From positions 1-64,000 of the forward strand of contig LVLI01000007.1 of assembly GCA_001687465.1 (NCBI GenBank): a DNA stretch of 64,000 nt. The letters run 5' to 3'. The notes under the pieces were generated by a model. The model had not been told where the DNA came from, made no database searches, and saw nothing but the letters and a program-made list of their open reading frames with translations. Origin of the DNA: Halocafeteria seosinensis (Eukaryota). Positions 1 to 13,000 of the stretch are shown here, in pieces (the stretch's first letter is position 1; each line of letters opens with the position of its first letter). Made by a program: the position numbers and the translations under genes.

Positions 1-2353
1 GACCGGGAAGTCCGAACACAAACTCGCACCGTGGTGCTTCCTACGGTGGTCTGGGGAGTCCAGAAGACGTGGAAACGTTCGTGAAGAAGGAAAACGGAAT
101 GCTCGCGTACGGAGACGTGTTCCTACCTAGCGAGATGGGTAGTGGTGGGTGTGCTCATGGCCGAGATGACAATTACGGAGGAGGGAAAGGTGGTGCGTAC
201 CTTCATTTAGTGGTGTCTGAAGAAAGTGAAATTAATGGAACTATCGATTTGAGCGGTGGAGACGCTTCATTTGGTCGACGTGACAAGAACGGGTGAGTGG
301 CTTTATCTTATGGATTTCTAGTGTGTCCGTGTGTTGTATGTATTTGTTTGTCTATATACCGTTGGATGTACAGGCCTGGTGGAGGATCAGGAGGCGCCCT
401 ACTGTTTCGCACTGGACAACTGAAAGACAGTTTTGGCCGGATCAAAGTGAATGGAGGAATGGGAGGTCGAGTTAGAAGTCACTCACATGATGGTTTGGGT
501 GGTGGTGGAGGTCGCGTAGCAATGTATTGTGACAGCGTGATCGATGATCATGGTTTAGATGTCTTCACAGTGGAAGCGTTTGGTGGTGTATCGTACACGT
601 CAAGTCCTGAGGACCCTACTTCTTTTACACACTCCGGTCCTGGCACATTTTATCACGAATGCGGGAAGAACGCGTCCAGTCATTTGATTGTTGACGGGGG
701 AAGTGTTAGTGACAATACGCCAGTTGCTGTTTTTGTCGGTTATTCGAAATCGCGCTCAATTAAAACCGTTAGTGTTCGTGGTGCTGTGTTGTGTGTGAGC
801 CCTGGTGTGGGGGGATCTGGCGAGACTATTGTTCACTTTGAAAGTATTTCTGGCAACGGCAACGGGAAGTTTTATTTTGCAGATAAAGTCGTTGCAATAC
901 TTGGTGTCTCGGTAGGGGAATTTTCTCTCGAGGATCGAAAGGTCACCCTGCAAGCGTTACCAAACGGAAGAAGGCGATTACACTCTGTGTCAACGTTTTA
1001 TACTGACTCGTTGTTGGTGACATCCTTTGACTTGGTCTTTGCTCAGGAGTCGAGAGGGATACTTCCCGGTCATGTCTTCGTGTGTCAACACACAATATTG
1101 AACGATGGCATTCTTTCGGGAATTTTTAATATTACGTATTGCCCAGAGGATGGTAATAAGAAGATATTGGGGTCCCAAGATATCGAAGGGTGTACAGATC
1201 AATCATTCGACAACTTTAATCCCTTAGCGAATGTCAATAACGGCTCATGCTCTAACTACAATTCCGCGGGATGTACATATTCTGTTGCAGTAGTAAGTTG
1301 CATCTGGCGTTTATTACTCTATACCGTCCAAACGCTCATTTTTGTTTTTAACAGAATTTAGAACCCGATGCCCAAAGAAATGACGGAAGCTGTAAACTTG
1401 CTCCAGACTTACGGGAAGGGTGTGTGTGCCGGGAAGCTGTTAATTTTGACGCTTCTGCTGATCTGCATGACGGATCGTGTATGTATCCGGAAAAAGGCTG
1501 CACGTACCGCGCTGCAACAAATTACAACGATAAAGCGCAATGGGATGATGGGAGTTGCAACTTTGGTACGCTTGATCAACTCGGAGAGACGGTCACTAAG
1601 CAAGCAGAACAACTGAGTAGGCTTGAGAAGCGCATTCAAGAGCTGGAGAAAGACAAAAAGCAACTAACGCAACAAGAGGCGATGCTCAAAGAAGAGAATA
1701 AAGAAGTCAAGCAGACTAATAATATGTTGCACCAAAGGCTTGATGAATGTAAGGAGGGTCGGCTGAAGGCAGAAAACGAAAAACAGCGCTACAAGATACT
1801 ACTTCTCAACAGTGGAAATTTTAAGAATGGCACTGAAGGCAGCGATCATTCTGAAACCACTTCTCCTGGCAACGCTTCATTCCAAATCTCCACACAACGT
1901 GTGACATTTAACAAACGGCAGTACGTGGTAAAGCTACCGGTAGCACATGTGACTGTGGAACTTATACGTCGTCATGAGGACGCAAATACTGGTTACGCTG
2001 TTGGAACGAGGGTAAAATCTGTGGAACAAACAGCGACCTCTGGTATTGATTTTTCCCCCATCGACACATTCCTTGTATGGGAACCAGGTGAAAGTCGAAA
2101 GACTATCACCCTCTGTGTAAAATCACCTTCGGTGCCTAAACGACCGCTGGAGTTTAAACTAACTTTATCTCCCTACACTGCACCAGGGGATCCAATTAAC
2201 GTTGAGCTGTCACTTAATTCTACCACTTCTGTTTCCATAGAAGCGGGCGACGGTCAAGACCGTCTTCGCACTGAAAGAGGTAACGTGGCGAGGCAGCAAA
2301 GAGTGTGGTGGGCATATTGGTCTAAACGCATCAAGAACGGTTATACTCCCTAG
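1..2353 (+). CDS. 3' part of a large Gly-rich repeat protein with GC(T/R)x-x-A-x-N-(Y/F) repeats, a coiled coil and a Calx-beta-like domain (5'-truncated by the window)
   Basis: ORFs 69-296, 297-1361 and 1424-2353 join in frame through GT-AG introns 293-373 and 1293-1354. Contains GSGG/GGGSGG/GGGGGR motifs, several GCTD/GCTY...N(Y/F)...DDGSC repeats, a heptad-rich segment and a TATSGIDFSP..LVWEPGESRKTITL Calx-beta-like motif. Confidence 0.7.
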
Positions 2354-2517
2354 TGTTCCAAAGGAGATTCAAGGACTTAAAGCTTAGCCTCCTATTATGC
2401 ATAAACCTCACGGCTCCCATCTCCTTTGTGATAACAATACGTACTACCTCGTAGAACACACATGTATCCACTCCAAGACCCAATGAAAGTCCCAGTACTT
2501 TGTTCTGAAGCTTTTTC

Positions 2518-2592
2518 GGGTAGGATTCGCTGGTTATGACCTGGGGTGGCATGTAGACTAGACTTCTTTCGGTAGGAGCAATACTAATACAC
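2518..2592 (+). mobile_element. Short 3'-end fragment of the CRE-like non-LTR element family
   Basis: gggtaggattcgc...cttctttcggtaggagcaatactaatacac matches the 3' end of the 28.2 kb element and the copies at 15.7 and 34.6 kb. Confidence 0.6.
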
Positions 2593-2753
2593 TTTCAGTA
2601 CTCGAGAAAGACGGCGAGCGGGAGATCTACGGGTCATCAGAGGTGGATGAAACTGTGTAATGGTATATTACTGTATGACCATTGGTACTCCAAAAACTAA
2701 TAATTTAAACAGTGGGGATTGCCAGGACCTAACGTCAAGAAAGCGAACAACAA

Positions 2754-3552
2754 TTGCTTAAAATGTATTCTTTCGATAGGGTCAAAGAGCTTGATCCTCA
2801 AAACATCCGGGTCTCCCAAGCGAGTATTTCACTTGATATGCATCAGGACTCTATGAGCGACTTTACATGGGACCCTCACAAGTATCGATACGCCACTGTG
2901 ATTCACATGGAGGATGGACGCTATACCAAATATGATAACCGACGGATAGTACGAGCAAGGAATCAAACACCATGAGCTGCCTCCTGTTAGGTTTGGGCGT
3001 TTCGACTTGCTACGGAAAGCTCAGATTCCTCCCACGGAGTTTAGTGGCAGTGATACCGATACAGTCTACTGCCGGGTGGAATGTCGTCGACCAGGGACTT
3101 ATGGCACGGTAATTTCAATTAGATGCGCACATAACGATGAACTATTTCTGCTCACCGGCTCCTTTGACCTCAAAGATGTCGTTGACCACAGGACACGGTT
3201 CAAGTAGGTTACTAACCCGGCGGTAGAAGTGTGGCATGATAGCCACAGAGTGCTAGAGGATTTTCGGAGTGCATTTCTAGGAGAAACGGTCCAGACGCAG
3301 TTGCTGTATTGCTCAAGCAATGCTACTAGTCTCTTTCCCAGCGGTCTCGATGATACAATTGATGTTGTGACTAGTCGGTATGAGAAACCTGTAGAATTAA
3401 TGGCGGTCTCAGATTGGACAGATGCTGATTGGGATATATTCGAGACACATTTAGAAGCGTTGCTTAATGAACAGACAATCGAAGAAATTGAGGTGCCATT
3501 AGCGTGTCTGAGCACAGATGCGATTGGTAGTAATCGGGACTTCCTTAATTAG
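2754..3552 (+). pseudogene. Fragmented coding-like region of unknown family
   Basis: Three consecutive protein-like ORFs; 3007-3207 and 3229-3552 share a frame and are separated by one TAG. No family recognised. Confidence 0.25.
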
Positions 3553-4099
3553 TGGGACGGTCCACTGGGACCTAGGTGTCACGAATGTTTATTTCATTTG
3601 AACAGCGTCGTTATTTGGAGATGTAGATAGTCTCAAGCAACGCTAAAGCAACCATTCGCAAAGCATGAATGTACACGTAACGCTCCCGAAAACAACAGGC
3701 TGGTCATGGTATCGGAAAGCATAATCGTTTTTATTCAGATGGACATGGAACCTCCAAGTGCCTCACTTTCCTCAGTCCTTTCTCGGGGAGACACAACAAG
3801 CGCCTAAGCGACAAGCCATGGGTCCTGGATGTTGGTTAGCATCCGTCAACATGGAAGAGTAGAAGAAGACTTGTAATCCAAGGGGATGTCACCACCATCG
3901 ATAATACACATGCACAACCAGTACACCATGACTCATATCACCTGTTGCCCACTTGAACATTCAAGTATTGGTACATGAGAAAGTCTTGCTTACTGATTTG
4001 TATTCTTATTCTTTTTGTTGCACACCCGCGAGTAGCGAAAAAAAAGCTTGGCAACCCAGAAGTAGCTTGGAGTTCTTTAGGAAAGGATTGGCGCCACGA

Positions 4100-7000
4100 T
4101 CACAGAGCACCAGCGGAATTACAGGACGTCAATTTGAACAGGTCGCTGGTAATATCTGCGGGGTCAACGCTATCGGATACTTGTCGAAGGGCCTCGGATA
4201 TGCCGGAACTGTCACCTCCTTGCGTGAGAGTCTGGTCGAGGAGTTCAATATCGGTCGACACAAGATAGCCTGTAAAGCTACTTAAACGTTCGGCTTGTTT
4301 AACCTGCCAATATCTACGGACGAAAAGACGACGAAGGAGATCAAGCTCTTCCGAACTAACATTCCCCTGAGCGACCTTAAACTCCTCCGAGGAATCCCGT
4401 CGATACATGATCATCACCATTGTGGAGTACTCCGCGTCATATCGTAACGAAGAGACGGAACAGCACCAGAGAACAAGAAAATTAAACGTTGCTTGTTGGG
4501 ACATGTTAGACCCAATGGCGGATATCTTTTCTGCAGGGAGTTCTCTCAAGAATTCCGGCATCCAAGGGCACGTTGCCCGACGATTCTGCCAAGAGCTGGT
4601 TATGTGTAGGCACACAGGTGGGACAGAGATGTCATCCAACATCGATGGAAGTATTGCTGAATTCTTCTCGTGTTGAATATGTTCGATACCAACGCTTTCA
4701 CCGGAAGCAGAGCGATTCCTCTTTGCCTCATCCAACAGACAAATGGTGCACATTCCCGCAGTGCTTGGGAATGCGTATTCTTTGCCACACAAGCGCTGAA
4801 GCATACATATTTCTGCTATGATGCTTCGTCTCACAGCGACTGAGCTTGCTGTCGCGGGAGAACGCGCACGTAGAGACTGAGTGACCGTAAAATATACCAG
4901 TTGATCTAAGTCCTCAGATATATCACCTTTAGCAGCAATTACTCTTTGACGCACGCCGTAGAGCTTATACAGCCATGCCTTCTGAAGCAGGAGTAAATTC
5001 GGTTCGCTAAGCTCTTCCAGAAGCTCAATCGCAAATGATGCCAGGCAAGCTACATCTGTTGAGAACTGGGATAAGGAGATTGAATACATTCTTGCTTCGG
5101 CGATGGTGAGAACCACTTCAGCGAGGAATCCAACATAGGGAACTGTGCTTGCAATGTCATCCAATGCATTTAAGTCTGCACCGCCCGTTAGCGAGTGTAA
5201 GTGGCCGCTCTGACCTGTACGACTAAGGAGAAAGCTTAAAGTCTCCTCCAATTTTGATGCCACAAATGTCCAGTCGACGTCGTACCCACAGAGCGATTTC
5301 CGCAGGCAAATATGCCAAAGGTTGATGGAGCACATCGGAATTAAAGGAGCCAGTTCGTTTTCCTTAGCGAACAAGAGTGCCAAGGTACAGTTGTCTTCAG
5401 CAGAGATAATATCTCCTTTCAAAGCTTGAACATACGACTGAGCAAAGAGCGCGTATGCCGCAGTAATTGAATCCCCCGCGTCCTTGCAAAATGACACAGT
5501 CCTTTGGAGCCATACTGAAGACGCAGAGATGCCACCATGTTGAGTCAAGGCTAACCCAGTGGATAAGTGAGCTTTGCGGACGAGTGCGTCACTGCATGAT
5601 TCCAATGGACCATCCCTTTCCGACATGTCCTTGTAAGGGCTTAACATTTTCTCCGTCACCTCGAGGCAACGAGCTGATTCACCCATACAGAGAAGTACGT
5701 CGGATCGTAAACCATCCGGAGACATCATTAAAGATCGGTACCTGCGTAAAGAGTGCAAAATGGCTGTATGGAACTTCTCATTGTTTGTATCTTCTTCCAC
5801 TTCCGAGATGCATGACATTAGCTGCTCAATATAGGCAACAGAGTCGAGGACCTCCTTGCAACTAATTGCAGACTCTCCACGTCTCTGGGATTGTAAGAAG
5901 AGATAAAGCGCCATTGTAACACGCAAATTCCATGCTTGCAGCAGCAGGTCGGGGTTTCTTGAAATGACACTGTCACGTTTGAAGGGATGATTCGCCGAGA
6001 CTAGCAACTTCGTTATCTCTTGTTCAGCTTCTACGTCAGAACCCATTTGGTCAGAAAACAAAGCGACAGAATCAAATGTAGTCGCAACACTTCCATCGTC
6101 ACCCCTCTTTTCTCTCGTCTTCGCTTGAAAATCAGGTTGATCTTCAGGTTTACCCATAGGCCTGGCCGCTAGCGAGCCAAACCATGATAGAGCTGAGTTC
6201 CAATGTCCGTGCATAAAGGACACTTTTATACGTATCAATTCTGCATCGCAACGCACCAATTCGTCATCCGTTAAGCTTCCCGCGAGCCATTCATAAAGTA
6301 AAGCGGGAGCGGTAATTTCATCATGAAACTGATGATTGTATGAAATAAGGTTGTGGCAAATGAATTGCAAAACGAATATCACAAGCGTTGGAGGCAGGAG
6401 AGCTCGGCTGCTGCCAAAAATGTCAGCAAAGCGGTACTTCCCAATGGAATGGATTTGAGCCACGGAAAACAAAGAAAGCGCGATATTGCTACCAGCGTAC
6501 TCAATCAAAAGAGAGCGAAAGAGAGAAGCTGAGCGCCTGCAAAACTTGATGGCCTCACCAAAACTGATAGTCTTGTCAAAGGCCCCGATAAGCCCACACA
6601 GAGTAGCTGCCCAGGTGATACCGAGAGGACCTAGCTTCTGCAATAGACTACCTTGACCGTCGAATGCACATGCCTCAAAAAATGAAGACAAGGGACACTG
6701 GAATAGTTCCTTCTGCTGGAGCACATCAGTCGTTGTAAAGCAGGCATCCAGCGCATCTCGCCAAAACTTTACAGCCGAGTCTATGGAAGAAGAAGATCCT
6801 TTGGCCAAGGCAAACTCTGCCGATTCCATGAGAGCCGAAACAAGCAGCGGAGTGTCCTGTTGATACCGTAAGCAATCAATCGCCTTGAAGTACGTCTCCC
6901 AAACGGCTTCAACACTCCCTACTTTAAAATTAGGTTGGTTGCCAGAGGACTTCAATTTCTTTAGCGTATGCACATGCGAGACAGTAACTCCAGCGTGGGC

Positions 7001-10000
7001 ATGATCCGCTGCAACACGGGGAGTTTCAGGGCTTTCGAACGCACCACGAGATTCCTGCGCTTTGTTGAGCATTTTCAATCCTTGGCTCTGATCACGATTG
7101 CGGGGGTCCTTTATGACTTCCGCTTTGTCAATAGTGTTCTTGTGTTCACCAATTAAACCTTCTAGGAATGCAATAAACTCTTTGAAGCGAGTTTGGGCGT
7201 CTTTGGCATTATCCAAAGTTATTCGCTCTTCTTCGGTCAGTTCGTATGTCATATCGTATTCATCAACGGAAAGTTTGGAAATAGTTTCCTCAGACCATTT
7301 AACGTAACCATTCAAATGCCCTACTACCTCCTGTCTGGAGTTTTGATGTCGGCAGGCTTCCTGATGAAGCTCCTCCAAGAACGAATAGAGAACGGAGCTG
7401 AGTTCGAACACAATAGGTTCTCTCCACGAAGATCGAGAATAAACGGACCTGTTTTGAGAACTGAGATTCTTTGTATGGGCATAACTACGTTTGATAACCG
7501 TCTCATCTCTCCAAGGCGTAGGCCAGCTAGCAAGACCGTTGTGAACAATCAGGCTTGTCTTCTGCGCTCGGTCGTTGCGAAGAGTAGGCAGAGTAGAATC
7601 ATACCCTGCCATATCATCGATAGGAGCGGCTGAATTGTACCATCGTCCAACCGATCCTACTGTCATGTTATGTACAAACTTATAAATCGAGACGTATGTT
7701 GATACCATCTCTTGGCAAACAGATTCTTTGAGATCCACACTAATATTAGTAGGAAGGAAAGAGCATGCTTCACGCATGAATACAGCACTCGCAAATATAT
7801 CCTTATAACTAAGTCCCGGTCCAGGCACCAAGTACTCTGCTCGCCTTACCCCGAATTCTCCTGCTGACGCTGCGTCCTCGGGCTGAAGAGAAGAAGACTT
7901 ATAGATTAAACCACTGGAGCACAGTCTTGCCGCGCTTCGGCAAAGCCGGTAAATGCAGGCAGGTTGCTTAAATCCTTCTTGTTCCAGCGAGCAGTATGCG
8001 CATTTTACCGCCTCAGCCACAGTTGACCATGAATGGCTCAAAACTGCGTAAACTGCACATCTTGAGAGAGCCTCACAACCTGCACTTTGATTCCCGTTAG
8101 AGCTTTCACTCTCAGGCGTGCTTTCTTCCAGGAATAATTGGCCACAGTGCAGCGAGAGTGTGGCCAGAGCGGACAACACATAACTGTCTTCCGAGGACGC
8201 TTGTTCTTCCAGGGCGACTACATCGGACCAGCCTCGCCGTGCCTCCTGTTGTTCTTCTGCCAGCTGATAAAATGACGGACAACATTGCATGTCCGGCAAA
8301 GAAAGCTGGAGTTTCTCACAGCTCTCGTGGACTATATTGATATGCGAATCGTAAGTCGAGAAGCGTTCTTTTGTACGACTGACATCTTCAAAGACAAACG
8401 ACAGACACTCTGTAGCCTCTGCGAGGGACTCTATCAATCCACATAACGGCTCAAAATACTGACTGTGCCGCATATTATTGCTCTCGGTCTCTTCCTGATT
8501 TCCAGCTGGTAATTGAGCTCCAAAACAGCACAAAATATCGCTTAGCCAGATACGGAGGGCTCCGCTCGGATCATCATTATCCAATGAGGTATTAATCTCT
8601 TCAGACTGGAAGCTTGACGGGAACTGTAAAGGTTGACCGCCGGGGATCTTTGAGTCACACTGCTTAGAATAGCAGCTGAAAAACCAACTCAAAGAGGCCA
8701 GGAAGGAAGACAGGAGGATCTGCAGCGACGACTGAACATTCTGGCCTTTTCGTGCGGTTTCAACGATGCTTTCGAAGGAACACGACAACAGCAACAGTGC
8801 ATAGCCAATAGAACTATGTCTAGACACAGAAAGCAGCATGGTGTCCAGGAATGAAACTGTGGATACAGGATTATGAACAAAAGCTTCCAGGAGCTGAAGG
8901 CCACACTTTTCAAATGGTCCGCTATCATCAGCCGGTTCCGAGGCTTGTTCCTTACCACCCTTCTTAGACTTCCCTCCCTTCTTCGATCCTCCTGACGCAG
9001 GTTCGGGAGATTTTCCCATCAGAATGGCCACAGTGTTGCTCAAATCTTTGAAGTAGCACCGTTCAGTGTCTCCGTATTCTAAGCTTCCACATCTTTGCAA
9101 CTTAAGTAACACTTGTTCTACGTAAGGAAGCATTTGCAACACAATGCTTTCTTCTTCACCAGATGGGTTGAATGGGACCGACTCCAAAAGCAATGTCAAA
9201 TGATACCTGTTTACGGAGAAAAGCTCCCTCAGTTTTGGTATGTTCGATCTGCTAAATTGGCGGTTTGTGTTGAACGCCTTCGTAGGGTACGTGGAAAACC
9301 CCTGTCTGAGTGACCAACCAGACAGATTCTCCAGGTGCGCATCTTTCATGTCTTCAAACAAGTGTCCTATCGGGGGCAAGAAAGCCACCTTGCAAATGCT
9401 TGCTTTTATCTCTGGTGTGTCAATAAGCTTATGGCCCCTCGCTCTGGACAGAGATAAAAGGAAAATTTCCAAGTCCTGAAGAAGGCGATCGGACTTACAT
9501 CTTCTTGATTCGAACTTCTGGGTTGATTGGGCCATTATCAGTAGCTGCATTACTAGAGGAATACACGCATCGCTAGAACCCCCTTCATTCGCCACCAGGG
9601 ACTGTAAGAGTTCCAACGCTGCGGAACAGCAGCTGTAAACAATCGTAGGATCACCAGCCACAAAGCCCAGTTGACCTGCCACCACCATAGCTTGAGCTGT
9701 AACAAGCTGGCAGTACTCGAACGCATTTTCTTCCGGAAGAAAGCTATAAACGAGTCTTCCAAGTGCAGTAGCGTCTTCCTGCGTCAAATTAGAAGCAGCT
9801 GCGACTATATTGGTATTGCGGCGATCAACTGCGGGAATCAAGCTCTTAACCAAATAAATGGGCGATAGCTTATTCTGCTCGAATAGTTGCATCATACATC
9901 GTGCCACAAGAGAGACGAGACTATGAGGAGTAGACGTGACGGCCTCTCGATCAAGGCGTACCAATTGGCTCGGCAGGGAAACTTGTTCGCTCTTACATCG

Positions 10001-13000
10001 CCCAAGACTTAGAAAGGGAGCTATGAACGAAATCGCCGCGTCAGTCCAGTCCTCTGCCTGTCCGAGCCGACATGCTTCCAAGTACCAATAACAGCTAATA
10101 CACAAGTTGCAGATAGTATTCCCGCTCGTATAGCCCGGTGAACTCTCTGCCATTTCTATTTCTGAATTCTTCTTCGAAAAAGCACTACGGTCACTAGAAA
10201 GGCCAACGGCAAAATTATAACTATCGTTGCGTTCCAATTCTGAGGCTCGAAAGACTACAAATGAATTATGGCGATGCTCACTGTCTGCCGATGCAAACGC
10301 CTCCACCGGTTTAACATCGTCCACAGGCATGGGAAATCCAGCTTCGGGGAACTCCATGCTGGTACTGGCGACACTGGTGCCGGCGCCGAATCGCTTACCG
10401 AAAAGGGCAACGTACTTTCCGCAGTGCTTCTGAAGGGCTGAGCGGCTTATCCCAACGTGAATGGTATCATGGGTGCTGCGCAACAGCAGTGGCCTCAAAC
10501 CTGTGTCGTGTAGGTTCGCATTCTGCGCCAATTGCGTCTGCTCGTTAACTGAGTTTGAAATGTAGTGCCAACAATCTTGGAGCATCTCTTTTCGTTCTGC
10601 ATTCTTTCGAACGTACGGTAGCAACGCAAGCAATAAAACGGCATGCCATTGCTTGTTAGAACCGCATTCAGTCTTCAATTGCTTGATAGTAGCAGAGCTA
10701 GGAGATGCATAAGACTGGTTGTTCGAGAATTGTTGCCGAACGTTGTTGAAAGATGCACTTAACGCCAGCTCGCTTCGGAAGAGCGTCATTACCAGGTCAA
10801 CATTCACGACTGAAAGGTCCTGGTTCCGATAGCCTGACATCGCAAAATACGTCCAGCATTGTTCTTTCTCATCTCCGTCGGTTGCGGAAATGAAAGGGTG
10901 CTCGGAATACAGCCCCTGCTGACACAAGTACTCCTCTAACACCCCCTCAGTGCCAAACGTAGGGGACGATTCTGCGTTGTTGGTTCGATTCTGTCGTTGG
11001 CAGTGCGTGACCTTAACATTTGAAGGAATTCCAGAGATGTATCCTACTCGCAATTGTTCAAAGTGATCCAAGGTTCTGCGCGCAACTTGAACCGCCTTAC
11101 TGTGGTCACCAGCTCGCGAAGAGAGGAACACCGCTAAGCGACCCACTTCGGCAACGAGGAAGGCATCACCAGCTTGAAGCAACCATAAGCTGTTATGGAT
11201 AATCTCGACAACACTCAAGAGACCAGCTTCATGGCGAAGTCGATGTTGCCAACTCGCTTTCTCAGAGCTCAGTAAGTCGTGAGATATAGACCTCTTCACA
11301 GCACACCACAGGAGCCAGCAGCATTGCTCGGCTAGGGCATGATCAACAGCGGTATCTTTCTTGCAGCAAGCTAAGATCTTAGAAGAGCACAAAAGAGGAA
11401 GATGCAGTGACTCGTCTTTCGGTCGTTCGTTATAAGAGGAAGTACTCAGCAGCGCCACAAGAGCCTTCTTTAATGACTCTGTGGACTCGTCGGTAGAGTC
11501 AGCGCTGCTACTTTCTTCTGCCGAGCCAGACACAAAAATCGATCCAGCATTAGGATCGAATGCGGAAGATAGCGCAACTGGTAGCTTGTCATGAGGGCTG
11601 TCTTCTAGAACCATAGCACAAAGCAGCATCTCCATTCGACGCACCCAGGATTGCACGATTTCTTCAATCCCAAACTCTGCTAAGTCATCACGTGTCTTAG
11701 AGGTTAATTCCTTTGAATTATTAGTCGATAGCTTGTTGCTCTGGGACATCGTCGAGCTTTTTAATTCCGCAAGGGCGTGCGCTGTTTCCTCGTTTCTCCA
11801 ATGATAGAGTCGAGAAACTGCGAGCACAATCATCGTTGAGGCAAAGGGTTTGTACTTCTGTCGGTTCTCGAAGAGCCACGTAGCAAGCTGGACGTGTACA
11901 TCGAGAGGTAAGATTGTAGCCACGCGGCTGCCTTGAAACTGCCCGAACGTGAGCTGCTTAGCAGACCTGTCATACGTTTCTTTCAGCGCTGTCATGCCTG
12001 TGCGAATAAAATCCAGAGTACTATTAACAGTGAAGGACAGTAATTTCTCTTCCACACCATCGGTAGACTGTATTTCCCCCTCCTGCGTAAAACATAACGC
12101 TGAAACAACGGCTGTAACCTGTGTAGGAGTATCCGGATTCCATCGAACAAATTTTTTTAAGGCTAAGGTTGGATCTTTCCTTGAGATGCAGAGGAATTGA
12201 AGGACGCGAACTTCTGCCATGTTCTTTCTAATATTGTGCAGCGCCGCACGTGGCACTGGCGGATCCATACGAAACTCGTTGTGTACAGATTGGATGGCTT
12301 TTCCTACATTGTTTGCGATCGCCGTACCGGTTTCGTATTGCTGGATTCTCAAAGCTGAATGTACCGCTAATTTGGCGACCCTTACTCTCCATGCAATATA
12401 TTTCATACTGCACAGCGGCAGGACACCGTCCACTGATCTGTAGGCCCACAATGAAAACAGCAGACTAGCATCAAAAGCTTCTACCCTATACAAATTTTGG
12501 GAGATATGAAATAGCATCTGACACGTATTGTAGTGCACCCAATACAACTGCTCTCGGGCGGACGACGGGTACAACAAGATAACCTGCAGAATTGACGCTA
12601 AGTAGGAAGCCGATCTTAGGAAACTGCTCTTCGCATTCGATGCATCGCACTTCAATGACAGTATTCCATGGTTCTCTGAGTCCGTGTCAAAGACACATCT
12701 TATCCATGTGCGCATGCAGAGTGCGTGCAGGTGGAATCCCACCTTATGAATATGATCCCGGTCTTCCGATATCTGTTTGGATCCATCCGTCATGTTGTGT
12801 GCTTCCAGCAATTGTTTCTGTTTCCGCGCTACTTCGAGTGCACTTTCCACAAGGTAGTCATGATATAATGCATCCGATGCCCCCGGGTCCGTTGGAGGAT
12901 CCACAAAGGCTTCATCCCACTGGTACAGCGCCTGTTCGGAAAGGAACAGTTCCGAGTAGAACATTTGTAAAGCAATTTTTACTTCACCCAGGGAGACTAA

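Noticed and set aside
3205..3207. In-frame TAG between two ORFs as possible stop-codon reassignment
   Set aside because: TAG terminates conserved genes here (NDUFV1, Rab1, RPL18A), so the standard code applies.
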